From contig JYFJ02000984.1 of NCBI GenBank assembly GCA_000934665.2, positions 1 through 64,000 on the forward strand: DNA of 64,000 bases, written 5' to 3'. A program made the position numbers and the translations under genes. Under the pieces are notes generated by a model. It made no database searches and was not told the origin of the DNA. It worked only from the letters and a program-made list of their open reading frames with translations. The DNA comes from Catajapyx aquilonaris. Taxonomy: Eukaryota. This document shows positions 14,514-25,254 of this stretch, in pieces (the stretch's first letter is position 1; every line of letters begins with the position of its first letter).

Positions 14514-14662
14514 TGTATCATCAGTTGAAAAAGAATTGTCCCAGTCATCCTGATGTGTGTGCTGCCCGCTCGACACACACCATGTAACTTACATGGTGTG
14601 TGTCGAGCGGCCAGCCCACACGTCAGGATGACTGGGACAGTTCTTTTTCAACTGATGATACA
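14514..14662. repeat. Near-perfect 149-bp palindrome (74-bp arms, 1-nt centre at 14588)
   Basis: TGTATCATCAGTTGAAAAAG...CCATGTAA-C-TTACATGG...CTTTTTCAACTGATGATACA, with 4 mismatched positions. Confidence 0.93.
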
Positions 14663-15118
14663 GTCGACTCATCCTCTGGGTAGGTAAATATTTGATGACA
14701 GTTCAGTGCTCGTAAAAGGCGACGTTGAACACACGCTGTTTTTACCATGTCTCGCAATAATTGTTTAATGACTGCCGTCGTGTACAATCGCGTGAGTGCT
14801 GTTCCCACTCAGTAATTTACAACCTCCTAATTAGGTTGGGCGAACTATAGATGTCCCCGCTTGTAAGTTTTTGTATGTGCCACAGTTCTTCCCATGTGTG
14901 TAGGAAGTATGCCATCAAAGAAAATTCATAGCGACAGTTTTTTCTAGAAGGGATGGTTAGAGGTGGCGGATACCAAAGTCAAAATATAATAACAGGCTCA
15001 ACTATAATATGGTTTATTCATTTATTATGATTCTAATATGCATAATAAGTAATGCTTTGCAGATTTAGAGGAACGTCAGTGACATTAGCTATCCTTGGTA
15101 CCCCTAAATACAACTGTC

Positions 15119-17417
15119 CTAGCTTAGCAAATAGGAGTTGCATCTTTCAATGCTAGGCATTTTACGTGACAGTCGATATTGGTTGGTGGTCATCTCCATC
15201 GCCAACGACACTGCCGACAATCCACATCCAACAGCAAGCAGGAACCAGGCACAGCGTAGATTGTACGTCGTTATGGGCATGGCAGTGTCGTCCAGGTCAC
15301 CCATGTCGTCGTCGTCGTCGTCCTCATCATCTTCGTTCCTGAAACAATTAATTTATTACAATGTTACGGATTGTTTAACGTCAGCGGTACCAGTTCTGTT
15401 GCACGTCTCCATCCAGCCTAGCGTTCTCCTGCTGCGGGGTGATACCAGCGTCGAACATGCGTCTTATGGTCTTGTCCAGAGCTGCGTGGAAGGTGGCTCG
15501 TTTGGACGTGGCCGCCGCGTCCATTAGGTAGAACAGACGAGCCGGTGCCACGCGCAAGGACACTCCGTTGTGGCTGGGCCCAACAGTGGCTGCCAGGTAC
15601 TGGAGGTTGCTCGCCAGCTCCAGGCAGGCGAAGCGTCGCTCGCGGAGACTCCTCTTGACGCAGGCATCATTGCTCTCCTCGCGTTGCACGCCCTGGAGGA
15701 GCGACTGGCACAGGCTGGTGTTGCACGAACGCAGAAGCATACCTGTGACTCCGTCTAGGTTGCCTGATCCCCATATGAATCCTCCTTGGACCAGCTCCTC
15801 AAAGGTGTCAATCGCGTTGTCCTGTCGATGAGGCGCAATACCAAGGGAAGCCAATTTCGATTTGAAGTTTTCTGACTGAAATAAGAGTCGCTTTTCATTG
15901 TACTCAAGTAATGTACTGTATTTGCTGTTGACGTGCACCGTACAATAGTTTATAAATTGATTTTTTTACGAGTACAACCGACTGCGCATCCACACTCGCG
16001 CAGCTCCATTGTTCTGACAACAACATTATTCCAAATCAAAGTCAGAGAGCTTTCCAGCTATCATTGATAATGTCAACCCTGCATGGTGCGCGAACTGTGG
16101 TGCTCACTCGGTTGCGCGCGTTAAAAAATTAATCTACTACGTATCATATCAGTTAGCATGAAACCTTGACGCATTGTTGCCACAAATGTTTACCATCGCG
16201 AGACAGAGAAGCATCCACAGCCCCATGAGAATTCTTCCTCTCCCACTTCCAGGCCAGGCGACAATCGGTTGCTGGACCAGGGGCGAAACCACCATCCCAA
16301 AGTATAGATGGCGCCTCCCTCGCTCCAGTCTGCGCAGAGTGATGAACACCAGGATCGCGCACAGTGTTGCCAGGACTCCGACTGGGTTGCCAAGCAAGTA
16401 TGGTTGCAGAGGAGCGTCCCAAGAGGCGTGCCCGGGAGGAGAAGACAGATGGCAGAAGCTCAGGGCGGAGTATGAATGAGGAGGCGAGAAATGGACGACC
16501 TTTGACCTCTCCCAGGTCACGCTCAGGCCCAAGGACATATCTAGGCCACCCTGTGGAAGGAATTGATTCTTATTTTCCAATGACACACATATTCTGACAC
16601 TTATTGGGTAGTTTAAGAGCAGGTGCTGATGTGTTGATTGAAAATGTGACAGGTCGTATTGGCTTATCGATCAGTCATTAGTTTAACCAGAAGAGGTTGT
16701 GGAGATACTAATGCTGACCTTTTGGAGCTGCCCCATTTGTCCAGTCCAGCTTCCGTCCACATTGAGGATTCCGGGCGGGAGGTCTCGTATGCACGAGACT
16801 TTGAAGTTGAGTGCATTAGCCAGATTGTTAATGAATTTTATCTCTGTTGGTCTTTTGCTGCACCAGAACTTCAGTGGTATTTGGTTGTGGTTGTTGCTCC
16901 AATCCGGCAACAATGGGCGAGACACCAATAAACCTTCGCTAGTGACAGTTCCCACCTCCACTGGCTGCAACAATGTAATTTTCAATACAATCTCAATAAT
17001 CTATTCTAGTGAACTTACCTTGTCTGAACAGGGACAATGCGACACCAGCATGTAGTCATGACCTGTCGCGACCAACTCCAGCTTGAATTTGACCTTTCCG
17101 GTCAGAGTCGAGTTGACCAGCAAGAATAGATCTGGCTGTTCGATCAGTTCAGAGTTCAAATCGGTGTTGAGAAGGATGTTGACGTAGCAGTACGTATCCT
17201 TAGCCAGTGGGTGACCAGTGTAGTCCGAAAATGATCTGGAGGGCACGTAACTCGACCCGAGAGACCTGAGCACTTCAGAGAGGTCACGTCCATCCGGTGA
17301 TTCGAAAATTGAGACGGCGCATGAGGCCAGGTCGGGCGAGGTCACCACTGAGGTTAAAATCCGGGCCAGATGACCTGACACTGCTGCCAAGCAAAGGAGC
17401 GGTATGGTGACCAACAT
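15119..17417 (-). CDS. Divergent ionotropic receptor (IR, iGluR family), about 570 aa. Exons 17417-17019, 16964-16719, 16550-~16194, 15875-15391, 15338-15119 (exon 3/4 junction uncertain)
   Basis: Signal-peptide-like MLVTIPLLCLAAVSG. S1 motifs DGSWTGQMGQL and DMSLGLSVTWERSKVVHFSPP. M1/M3 region (GRILMGLWMLLCL...ENFKSKL). S2 LDKTIRRMFDAGI. M4 NLRCAWFLLAVGCGLSAVSLAME. Confidence 0.85.
15958..16136. mobile_element. MITE family M, copy 1 (IR intron 3)
   Basis: TIRs TTTTTTACGAGTACAACCGACTGCGCA and TGCTCACTCGGTTGCGCGCGTTAAAAAATT. Confidence 0.8.
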
Positions 17418-17700
17418 GATTCGTCCCAAGACTTTACAACTCTGGGTAAAACGAACTTATTTGACCCAATATTTGTACCGAAACACGATTGGTTTATTGA
17501 CCCGTTTACATCTTGTCCAGTTCAAGTACACCTGATCAAAGTGAACTCTTTGCAGTGACATTTGAGGGCAATTAACTCAGATTGTTATTCAATAAATCAA
17601 TTCACAGGTTGCACCAGTAGACGGATCCCATGTCAATCCGGGAATATACGGATCGTTAGCTATGTCTTGATATATTTTTAAAAAATGGCCCCTGAGAAGC

Positions 17701-17774
17701 AACGTTGTTGTTGGAACAATGGCCTTGCGCGAGTATGGGTGCGCACTCGGTTGCGCTCGTTAAAAATTCATCTA
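17701..17774. mobile_element. MITE family M, copy 2 (single end, IR-GR2 intergenic)
   Basis: GGGTGCGCACTCGGTTGCGCTCGTTAAAAATTCATCTA matches the family TIR. Confidence 0.75.
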
Positions 17775-18005
17775 TAGCCACTTTTCATTTCTTCGTATTA
17801 TACCAGTGTGTAGTGAAGTACGTACAGTGTATTTCCGAAGAGGATCCATAATTCATTCCATTGACCACGACTGTTGTAGGTACACATAGACAAGGTCGAG
17901 CTTCTTTTTTTTTACAGGGCACTCAATCACCGGTCCCACAATGCGGATGAAACTAATTATTAATGACTGGCATGGCAACAGGTCTACCTCTTGGCAAACA
18001 CGCGT

Positions 18006-19760
18006 ATGTGCAAAAGGCCGGCAGTCCACATGCATGATCAATCAGCACAAGGCATGCGGACCATCCGCATAGAACCTGAGAGGAAGACAGAGTGGACCAC
18101 GGAGGACAACGGGTTTTGGGGAGTGTTCCGGCCCATTGCAAACATGCTGGTGATGGCCGGTGTGTCTCCTTGCCCGTGGCCCAAAGCACCAGAAGGTGAG
18201 GATTGGAAATGGAGGCGACGTTGGCCCACTCTGGTGCATCTTCTGGCTCTTCTGTCGTACGTCGCGTTGTTTGTGTCCGAGGCGCCGCACCAGTGGGTCG
18301 CGTTAAAGGACATGTCCGCTACCCACCAGTTTGTCAACCTGGGCATGACCTCTCTGCGCACAGCCATACCGTGGTTCAACCTCTTCCTGATGCAGCTTCA
18401 GTTCCATAGAGGTTGGGCCATACTCAACGGATTCGCGTCACTCCGAATCGCCATGAAGCCAAAGCTCAAGACTTACAGCACCATCATGGCCGTACTCACC
18501 ATTGTCCTGCCGGTCATCCACCAGTTTCCGGCAGTGGCCAGTGCCATCAGGAAGGGCACATGGAACCTCTTCACTACCTGGATCTACATAATATTTGGTG
18601 TCCACTCGGCCATTTTGTACCACGTCATACTCTCCCAGACTGCATTCCTGGCTGTTGTGACAATCAGTTGTTTACGACAAGTCACGCGGGATGTGAAGGG
18701 TGCGTGCAAATCACTGCTCTCGCATGAACTCAGGTCAGCTCCTGACCTGGTCACGCCCTCGCACGTGTTTTACGCGTTATGTGACCTGGTCAGGGACATG
18801 GGGCAAGCCTACGGGGTGGTCATAATCTCTTTTTATCTACTACGTCTGCCGGTCATCACAGCCGAGCTGCATCTGATCATCACTGCGGCCAATGCCAGCG
18901 TGTCTTACATGGCGACGCACTTGTTGTATTTGATATCTGGAATTATGTTGGTTTTTCTTTACACTGTTGCATTGGGATCTATTCCGCATGAGGTGAGCCT
19001 AATAACAAGCGTAGTTTGTTCAAAACTAAATCATAAAATGAAAGTGTAGAAGTTAGGTGTAGAGGAGAAATGTAATTGTAGCTAGATTTGTGTTTTTACG
19101 AGCGCAACCGAGTACGCACTACAGTTCGCGCAGCTTTCACGGTTGGCATTATCAGTGATAATGAAGCTGTCTGTACAATCGACATACAGCACTTATTTCC
19201 AACGCTACGGTTGAAGGAAAACGATATGGCTGACGTTTACGACGTTGCCGAGCTTTGGACGAACATCAGAGGCTACATGGGAGTAACTTTGGTAACATTG
19301 TCAGAAGATGAGTTGCGCGAGTGTGGATGCGCACTCGGTTGTGCTCGAAAAAATTCTTTTTAGACTACGTAATGTAACTTTTCTTATTCTGCGCAGGCTA
19401 TTCTGTCGCTGAATGACCTGATTCGAGTCCGCTCTAGCCTGACCCTGAATCCTTCTGTTAGTGACGAGGTACAGTACAACAATAATGTCTAAACAATTAC
19501 GTCAATAATTATTATACATGAAGATTGAGACAGTTTTGTAAAACAGGTTCTGGCCTTGATCAAGAGGATGACTGGACCTCCGATAAACGTGACTGCGGTC
19601 CACTTTTTCGCTGTCCATCGTGGTCTTGTGATATCGGTAACCAACTCTACACGTGCCGTACATAACAGTTGTAACACCTTTTTTTCTTCTTTGCCCGCAG
19701 ATATCGGCCGCTATTACAACGTACCTGCTCGTACTTGTCAATTTTTCCAAGGCACAATAA
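18006..19760 (+). CDS. Gustatory receptor GR2 (about 402 aa; start could be 18006, 18030 or 18054). Exons 18006-18992, 19397-19468, 19547-19636, 19701-19760
   Basis: Same three phase-0 introns as GR1. Penultimate exon VLALIKRMTGPPINVTAVHFFAVHRGLVIS. Terminal exon ISAAITTYLLVLVNFSKAQ*. Shares W-RRWP motif with GR1 and GR3. Confidence 0.92.
19083..19360. mobile_element. MITE family M, copy 3 (GR2 intron 1, opposite orientation to copy 1)
   Basis: TTTTTACGAGCGCAACCGAGTACGCAC ... TGCGCACTCGGTTGTGCTCGAAAAAATT. Confidence 0.8.
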
Positions 19761-20878
19761 TGTGAGATAATGGAGATAATATTTTTCAATACAGATTGTA
19801 TATATTGTGTAAATATAATTGAGTTGTTTATGAGTAGTGTATATTATTCCTGACCCATTGTAGCATTTTATGGCCTTCATCACAATTTATGAGGGCTACA
19901 CGCACTTGAGCCATTAACTCGTGTCAATACGACACTCCCAAGTAGGGTTTCAGCTGGACTGACAGCTGTCTACATACTGGAACAATCGATGCGCATGAGA
20001 AACTTAACGTCAACTGTAATTCAACCCACTTCAAGGATTTTTCATTCCATAAGCGCAATCATTTAATGGAGCTTAAGTTTAAATTATATTATATTATATT
20101 ATATATTTGACATTTTGATGACCCCGCTGTCATTCTCGCTTCGAAACCTGTCCAGTGTGTCCTACTGTTTGGGTGCGCGGTCAGTTTGGTTCTAGTCGCG
20201 ATCGAGATTCACGCACAGCAGAAGTTGCGCGACTAGACAACCGGTTCAGGCGAATGACAACGTCGAACTTGTGCAGGACAGTTCCATACCAGTTTATTGA
20301 CATGTATAGATAATGAGTCTGAAGAGCAGTGTTAAATTGTCGAATATTTAATACTAGCGTACCCGTAGCCAAAATTTGGCAAGGCCTGATGATTTAGTGC
20401 CGTGATCAGAAGGTGGCAGCACTCACCGGGAACCATTCTCCTTCCGGAGCGTTCCGGAGGCGAAAAAAATAAAGATATTATTATAGGGGGAATTAAAGTC
20501 ATCTCACAATGGGACATTCGCATTTATAACTAACTTAGCAGGGAACCTCACGGGTGTAAAATGGCTTTGCCTTTTATATCATTATGTCGAACTTCTCTGC
20601 AATATTTATGACTACTCGTACAGCGTGCGGTGGCATGAAATATTTAGTATGCTTTGCAAAAGAAAAGTCAAGTGTTACTGCCGACTCGCACGAAATTGAG
20701 GTAATTGACATAATGTCACCATGCCACTTCGTACCGAACTAAAGAAATGCTTCGACCGCTCCAGGCAATTACGGCTAAAAGTGTTGCGCAGCACAACATT
20801 ATATTGTATCCACGGTATCAACTCGCAGTGGACTTGTGGCCGGTACCGACGTGTATAGTGAGGATTTTTACATGCAGA

Positions 20879-23196
20879 ATGATAAGGCGGAATGTGATCA
20901 ATGCCATACCGGTGGACAAAGTGAAATGCGTGTGGAGGTCGGACGGCAATGGTTTTTGGAACGTGTTTGGTCCGTTCACAACCTTGGCCGTGGCATCCGG
21001 TATGTCTCCGTACCCGTGGCCAAAAGGACCGGACGGCGACTGTTGGAAGTGGGTTCGACGTTGGCCCGCCTTCATCCATATCCTGTCGTTAGTAGGGTAC
21101 ACAGCCATATTCACCATGAACACCCCGCATCACTGGGTCAGCATCAGGTCACTGCCCAGCACCAACCAGTTCGCCACTCTGTGCATGATGGCCCTTCGCA
21201 TGGGCATACCCTGGGTCAACCTGGTGCTGATGCAACTCAACTTTAGGCGAGTCTGGTCGCTTCTGAACCGATTTGCCACCTTGGATGTCACAATGGACCC
21301 AAAGTTGAGGCGGTAACCGAATTTTTTACTTGTTCAACCGAGTTTGCACCCACACTCGCGCAGCTACATTGTTGGCAACGTCGAAAACGTCAGCCATTTT
21401 GTCCCCGACCCCCTACAAGCTTAGCGTTGGAAATAAGTCCAGCGCTTATTTACTAGTACACCCACCATGCAGAGAGCTTACCACTTAGCATTGATAATTC
21501 CAACCGTGCAAGCTGCGCGAACTGGGGTGCGCTCTCGGCTGCGTTAGTTAAAAACAGAAACTGTCATTAAACAGATGATTCGGAATACATTGCACTTCTT
21601 CGTAAGGTACGTTGTGGTACTGGGGTCATCTGCTTATTGCTTGGAATTTCTTAAATGAATGTCTTACGAGCACAACCGAGTGCGCACCCACCCTCGCGCA
21701 GCTCCACTGTTCCGACAACGTTGCCATGATTACGCCACATGTAGTCTCTGCTGTTCGTTCCAGAGCCTTGGCAACGTCGCAAATGTCGGTCATTTTACCC
21801 CCTCCAGGCCTCCACCCATGCATAGCGTTGGAAATAAGTGCAGAGCTGACAGCCCAAATCAAAACCCTGTATCTCGGCTTTTCGTCATTTCGAGATATTC
21901 GCGTTTGAAGTGTTTTTTGGAAGTGCCTGATTTCAATTGGGCATAACTTTGCAAGGGTTGATCCTACAGTTACCTACGGAGTTTGTACCAAAAGGTGTGG
22001 CTTGCAAAGAGGAGTGCAATGGTGCATTTATCGGCTCAAATTATGTGATTTTCGAGGATACGCGGTTTTAACTTGTGCCGCCAGAGCGCTCATTTACCAA
22101 TACACACACAATACGGAGAGCTTATTACCAACGATCATTGATAATGCCAACCCTGCACGCTGCGCAAACTGTGGTGCGCACTCGGTTGCGTTCGTTAAAA
22201 AAATTCAGCGATACAGAAACTGTACGGAGATGATTCGGAATACACTGTACTTCTCTTCTTAAGGTACGCTGTATTACTGGGGTCCTTCTGCTTCTTGCTT
22301 CCTGTCATACACCAGTTTCCAGCCGTGGCCGTGGCCATCCGAGACCAGACCTTGACCGCGGCCATGACCTGGGTCAACATCATCTTCGGCATCCACTGCT
22401 CTTTCGTCTGGCACGTGATGCTGGTGCACACGGCCTTTGTGGCCATCGTGGTCATCAGCTGTCTCAGACGGATCAGAGTCGCTATCCAGGCCGCGTGTCA
22501 GGACAATGCTGACCTCCGTGCACCGGGTCAGGTCTTTTACGACATGTGCGACCTGATTCGCGACATGGGACAGGTGTATGGAGTGGTCATGATTTCCTTC
22601 TACCTTCTGAGGATACCTGTCATTACGGCTAATTTGCACTCACTCATTACTGTCAAGAACCGAGATGACTTGCACACCATCACAGAGGCCATCTATCTTC
22701 TATCTGTGATCATGATGGTCACGTTTTACACCGTTACGTTAGGATCTATTCCGCATACGGTATGGCTATAATAATATGCTGGTCTGGTCATAAAAGGTTG
22801 TGACATATTACTCTTTGTACAGGCCGTCTTACCACTGAATGACTTGTGTCGGGTTCGCTCCTCACTGAGTTTACATCCGGATATTGCTGACGAGGTAATT
22901 GTTAATTGTTAGGTGTGTTTTGAATTTTGTTAAATTTTGAAATTAAGTGTGAATAATTATTACTCAACAAATTAATCACAGGTTCTGTCGTTGATATCAA
23001 GAATGACGGGACCTCCGATACAAGTGTCGCCAGCTCATTTTTTCGCCATACATCGTGGACTTGTCATATCGGTAATTACTGCATTTGCACACAACATTCG
23101 AGTAATTTGAAAAATAAACTGATGTATCTTCTTTAGATATCAGCAGCAATTACAACATACCTACTCGTGTTGGTCAAGTTTTCCAAGTCTGACTGA
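20879..23196 (+). CDS. Gustatory receptor GR3 (about 383 aa), close paralogue of GR2. Exons 20879-21312, 22264-22759, 22823-22894, 22982-23071, 23137-23196
   Basis: Colinear with GR2 (GFWNVFGPF, WVRRWP, LPVIHQFPAVA, DMGQVYGVV, LGSIPH). Extra phase-2 intron 21313-22263 plus three phase-0 introns. Terminal exon ISAAITTYLLVLVKFSKSD*. Confidence 0.9.
21319..21554. mobile_element. MITE family M, copy 4 (GR3 intron 1)
   Basis: Degenerate TIRs AATTTTTTACTTGTTCAACCGAGTTTGCAC and GTGCGCTCTCGGCTGCGTTAGTTAAAAA. Internal sequence shared with the other copies. Confidence 0.75.
21652..22207. mobile_element. MITE family M, copy 5 (GR3 intron 1) with a nested insertion at about 21870-22075
   Basis: TTACGAGCACAACCGAGTGCGCACCCAC ... 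GTGGTGCGCACTCGGTTGCGTTCGTTAAAAAAATTCA. The middle segment is absent from the other copies. Confidence 0.75.
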
Positions 23197-23314
23197 GCGC
23201 CTAGAAGTGTACTGGATCATTACGCAAGACTTACAGGTTGGCTATCTTTTGGACAAATTTTTCAATTAACTGTAATTTTACCAGACTTCTCTGTGTTGGT
23301 ACGGACTACTATAG

Positions 23315-23372
<58 letters not shown>
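23315..23372. repeat. (ATC)n microsatellite, possibly a retroposon tail
   Basis: Pure trinucleotide run. Confidence 0.95.
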
Positions 23373-24710
23373 ATACACCACGGCTTTTCCCAGTGGGGTG
23401 CCAGCGGATAATGAGGAGCAGGTCCTCCTTACCCTCATGACCATTATATATACTCGTATAAAAGAAAATCTGGAGCCTGGTCAGGTACCCGCAGATAATT
23501 GGGGGAGGGGAGTACAAAATTTTATTTGACAGTGACAGATGTACGTACAACAGTCTCCAACATAAGTCCTTTGGACACCATCATTTTTCAAGTGAGGTTC
23601 GATCCCCGCCTGGGGAACTTTCCTTTCACCTGCGTCAGGAGCTCTGACCTGCACCTTGGAGGTGTCTGGCAACCTAACCTCCTGGGAAACAGCACATGAC
23701 CCATTAGCTACGACATTGCACCTTGCACCAATGTTCCCTCCCCAAAAATCCGTATCTTTTCCAATTGTCCCTGTTTCCTTGCACCGGTGAATGAAGCGAA
23801 AATATATATACAGAAAACTGATGGTGGTATGCCACCCCCCTATAGCTCCCATAAGGGACATCACGAGGTAAAATAAAATAAAATAATAAAAAATACCAGG
23901 TGAAATCAATAGACCACACACACATTTGACATGCAATAGCGTGACTGTTGTCATACTTCATTTTGTCATTTAGTGTCAGGGGAATACGGCGAGATTCAAT
24001 AAGGGTAAGGAGATTAGTGCAAGTGGGTTGCAAGTGAACAAGTGATTTTCAAGTGAACCTGCAAATCATTCCGATCAACCCAAATATGCCTATCGTCCTA
24101 CATGTAGGACACTTGTACAGTACAGTTAGATTTTAGTCATTACATTCGTCATTTGATCATTTTTTAAATACTTGTAAAATTAAACAAACAAATAATTCAG
24201 GCATATCTGGCTTAACCATGAATCATATGATTTAATTTTTTGCATTTCATATTTATGTACTAATAAATATTGCATTATTACATAAGAACCTCAACATACC
24301 CATTTTCTTACTTCCAAACGCGCAAGCACAAACGGCACATTCTTGTCAACATCGTTGGACGGCAAAGCTGTTATATTGTCATCAAACCTTCATACACATT
24401 TAAATATTACCAGTATCCGCATTTACACCGAATTTGTTAAAAAAGTGTGCAACTTGTCCAAGGTGCGTGTACTACATAGACACGAAGTTGCGGTTGGCGA
24501 AATATAAACAGCAACAAGGGAATAGTTTCAGATGCCGATGCTGTGAATTAATAATAGGTTTCGTGCTTAGACTGACATTGATTCCACGAGAAGGTGAGAC
24601 CAATGGAAACCTTGACAAGTACAAAAGGCGTTCGTTATGGAAGATTGAAATCGGGGTGTTACCAAGGTCACGGGAAAGAGCCAAAGCAACTAAGGCTATG
24701 TGGCTATTAT

Positions 24711-25199
24711 TGAATTTTTTTAAGAGCGCAACCGGGTGCGCACCCACTCTGCACAGCTCCATTGTTATGACAACAAACTTGCCAGAATTACCCCCCAGGT
24801 GCCAAAAATACTGTACAGATCAATATTTATTTATTTATTTATTTACGGTATTCATTTAGTTATAGTTATAATATTTATTTATTTACGGTATTCATTTAGT
24901 TATAGTTATAATATTTATTTATTTACGGTATTCATTTAGTTATAGTTATAATATTTATTTATTTACGGTATTCATTTAGTTAGTTATATAGTTATAATTC
25001 ACACCCGTAGCCTCAGGTTCGTTCATGGCAACTTCGCAAATGTCAACCATTTTGTCCCCCTCACAAACGTAGCGTTGGAAATAAGTGCTGCGCAGTACAC
25101 CCACTAGACAGAGAGATTACCAGCTATCATTGATAATGCCAACCCTGCGCCAACTGCGGCGCGCCCTGGGTTGATCTCGTAAAAAAAAAAAATCATCTA
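24711..25199. mobile_element. MITE family M, copy 6, containing a 40-bp tandem repeat (24831-24981)
   Basis: TGAATTTTTTTAAGAGCGCAACCGGGTGCGCAC ... CTGGGTTGATCTCGTAAAAAAAAAAAATCATCTA. Unit ATTTACGGTATTCATTTAGTTATAGTTATAATATTTATTT repeated about 3.7 times. Confidence 0.75.
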
Positions 25200-25254
25200 T
25201 AGAAGATACACAGAACTTAGCTTGTCATTAATTAATTTTAATCATCACACGACT

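Noticed and set aside
17964..17978. RFX X-box-like site upstream of GR2
   Set aside because: Only one good half-site (ATGGCAAC); similar half-sites occur elsewhere, including inside MITEs.
7377..23550. Poly-N, I, M and D ORFs at 7.4, 12.4-13.0 and 23.3 kb
   Set aside because: Translations of (AAT)n and (ATC)n microsatellites.
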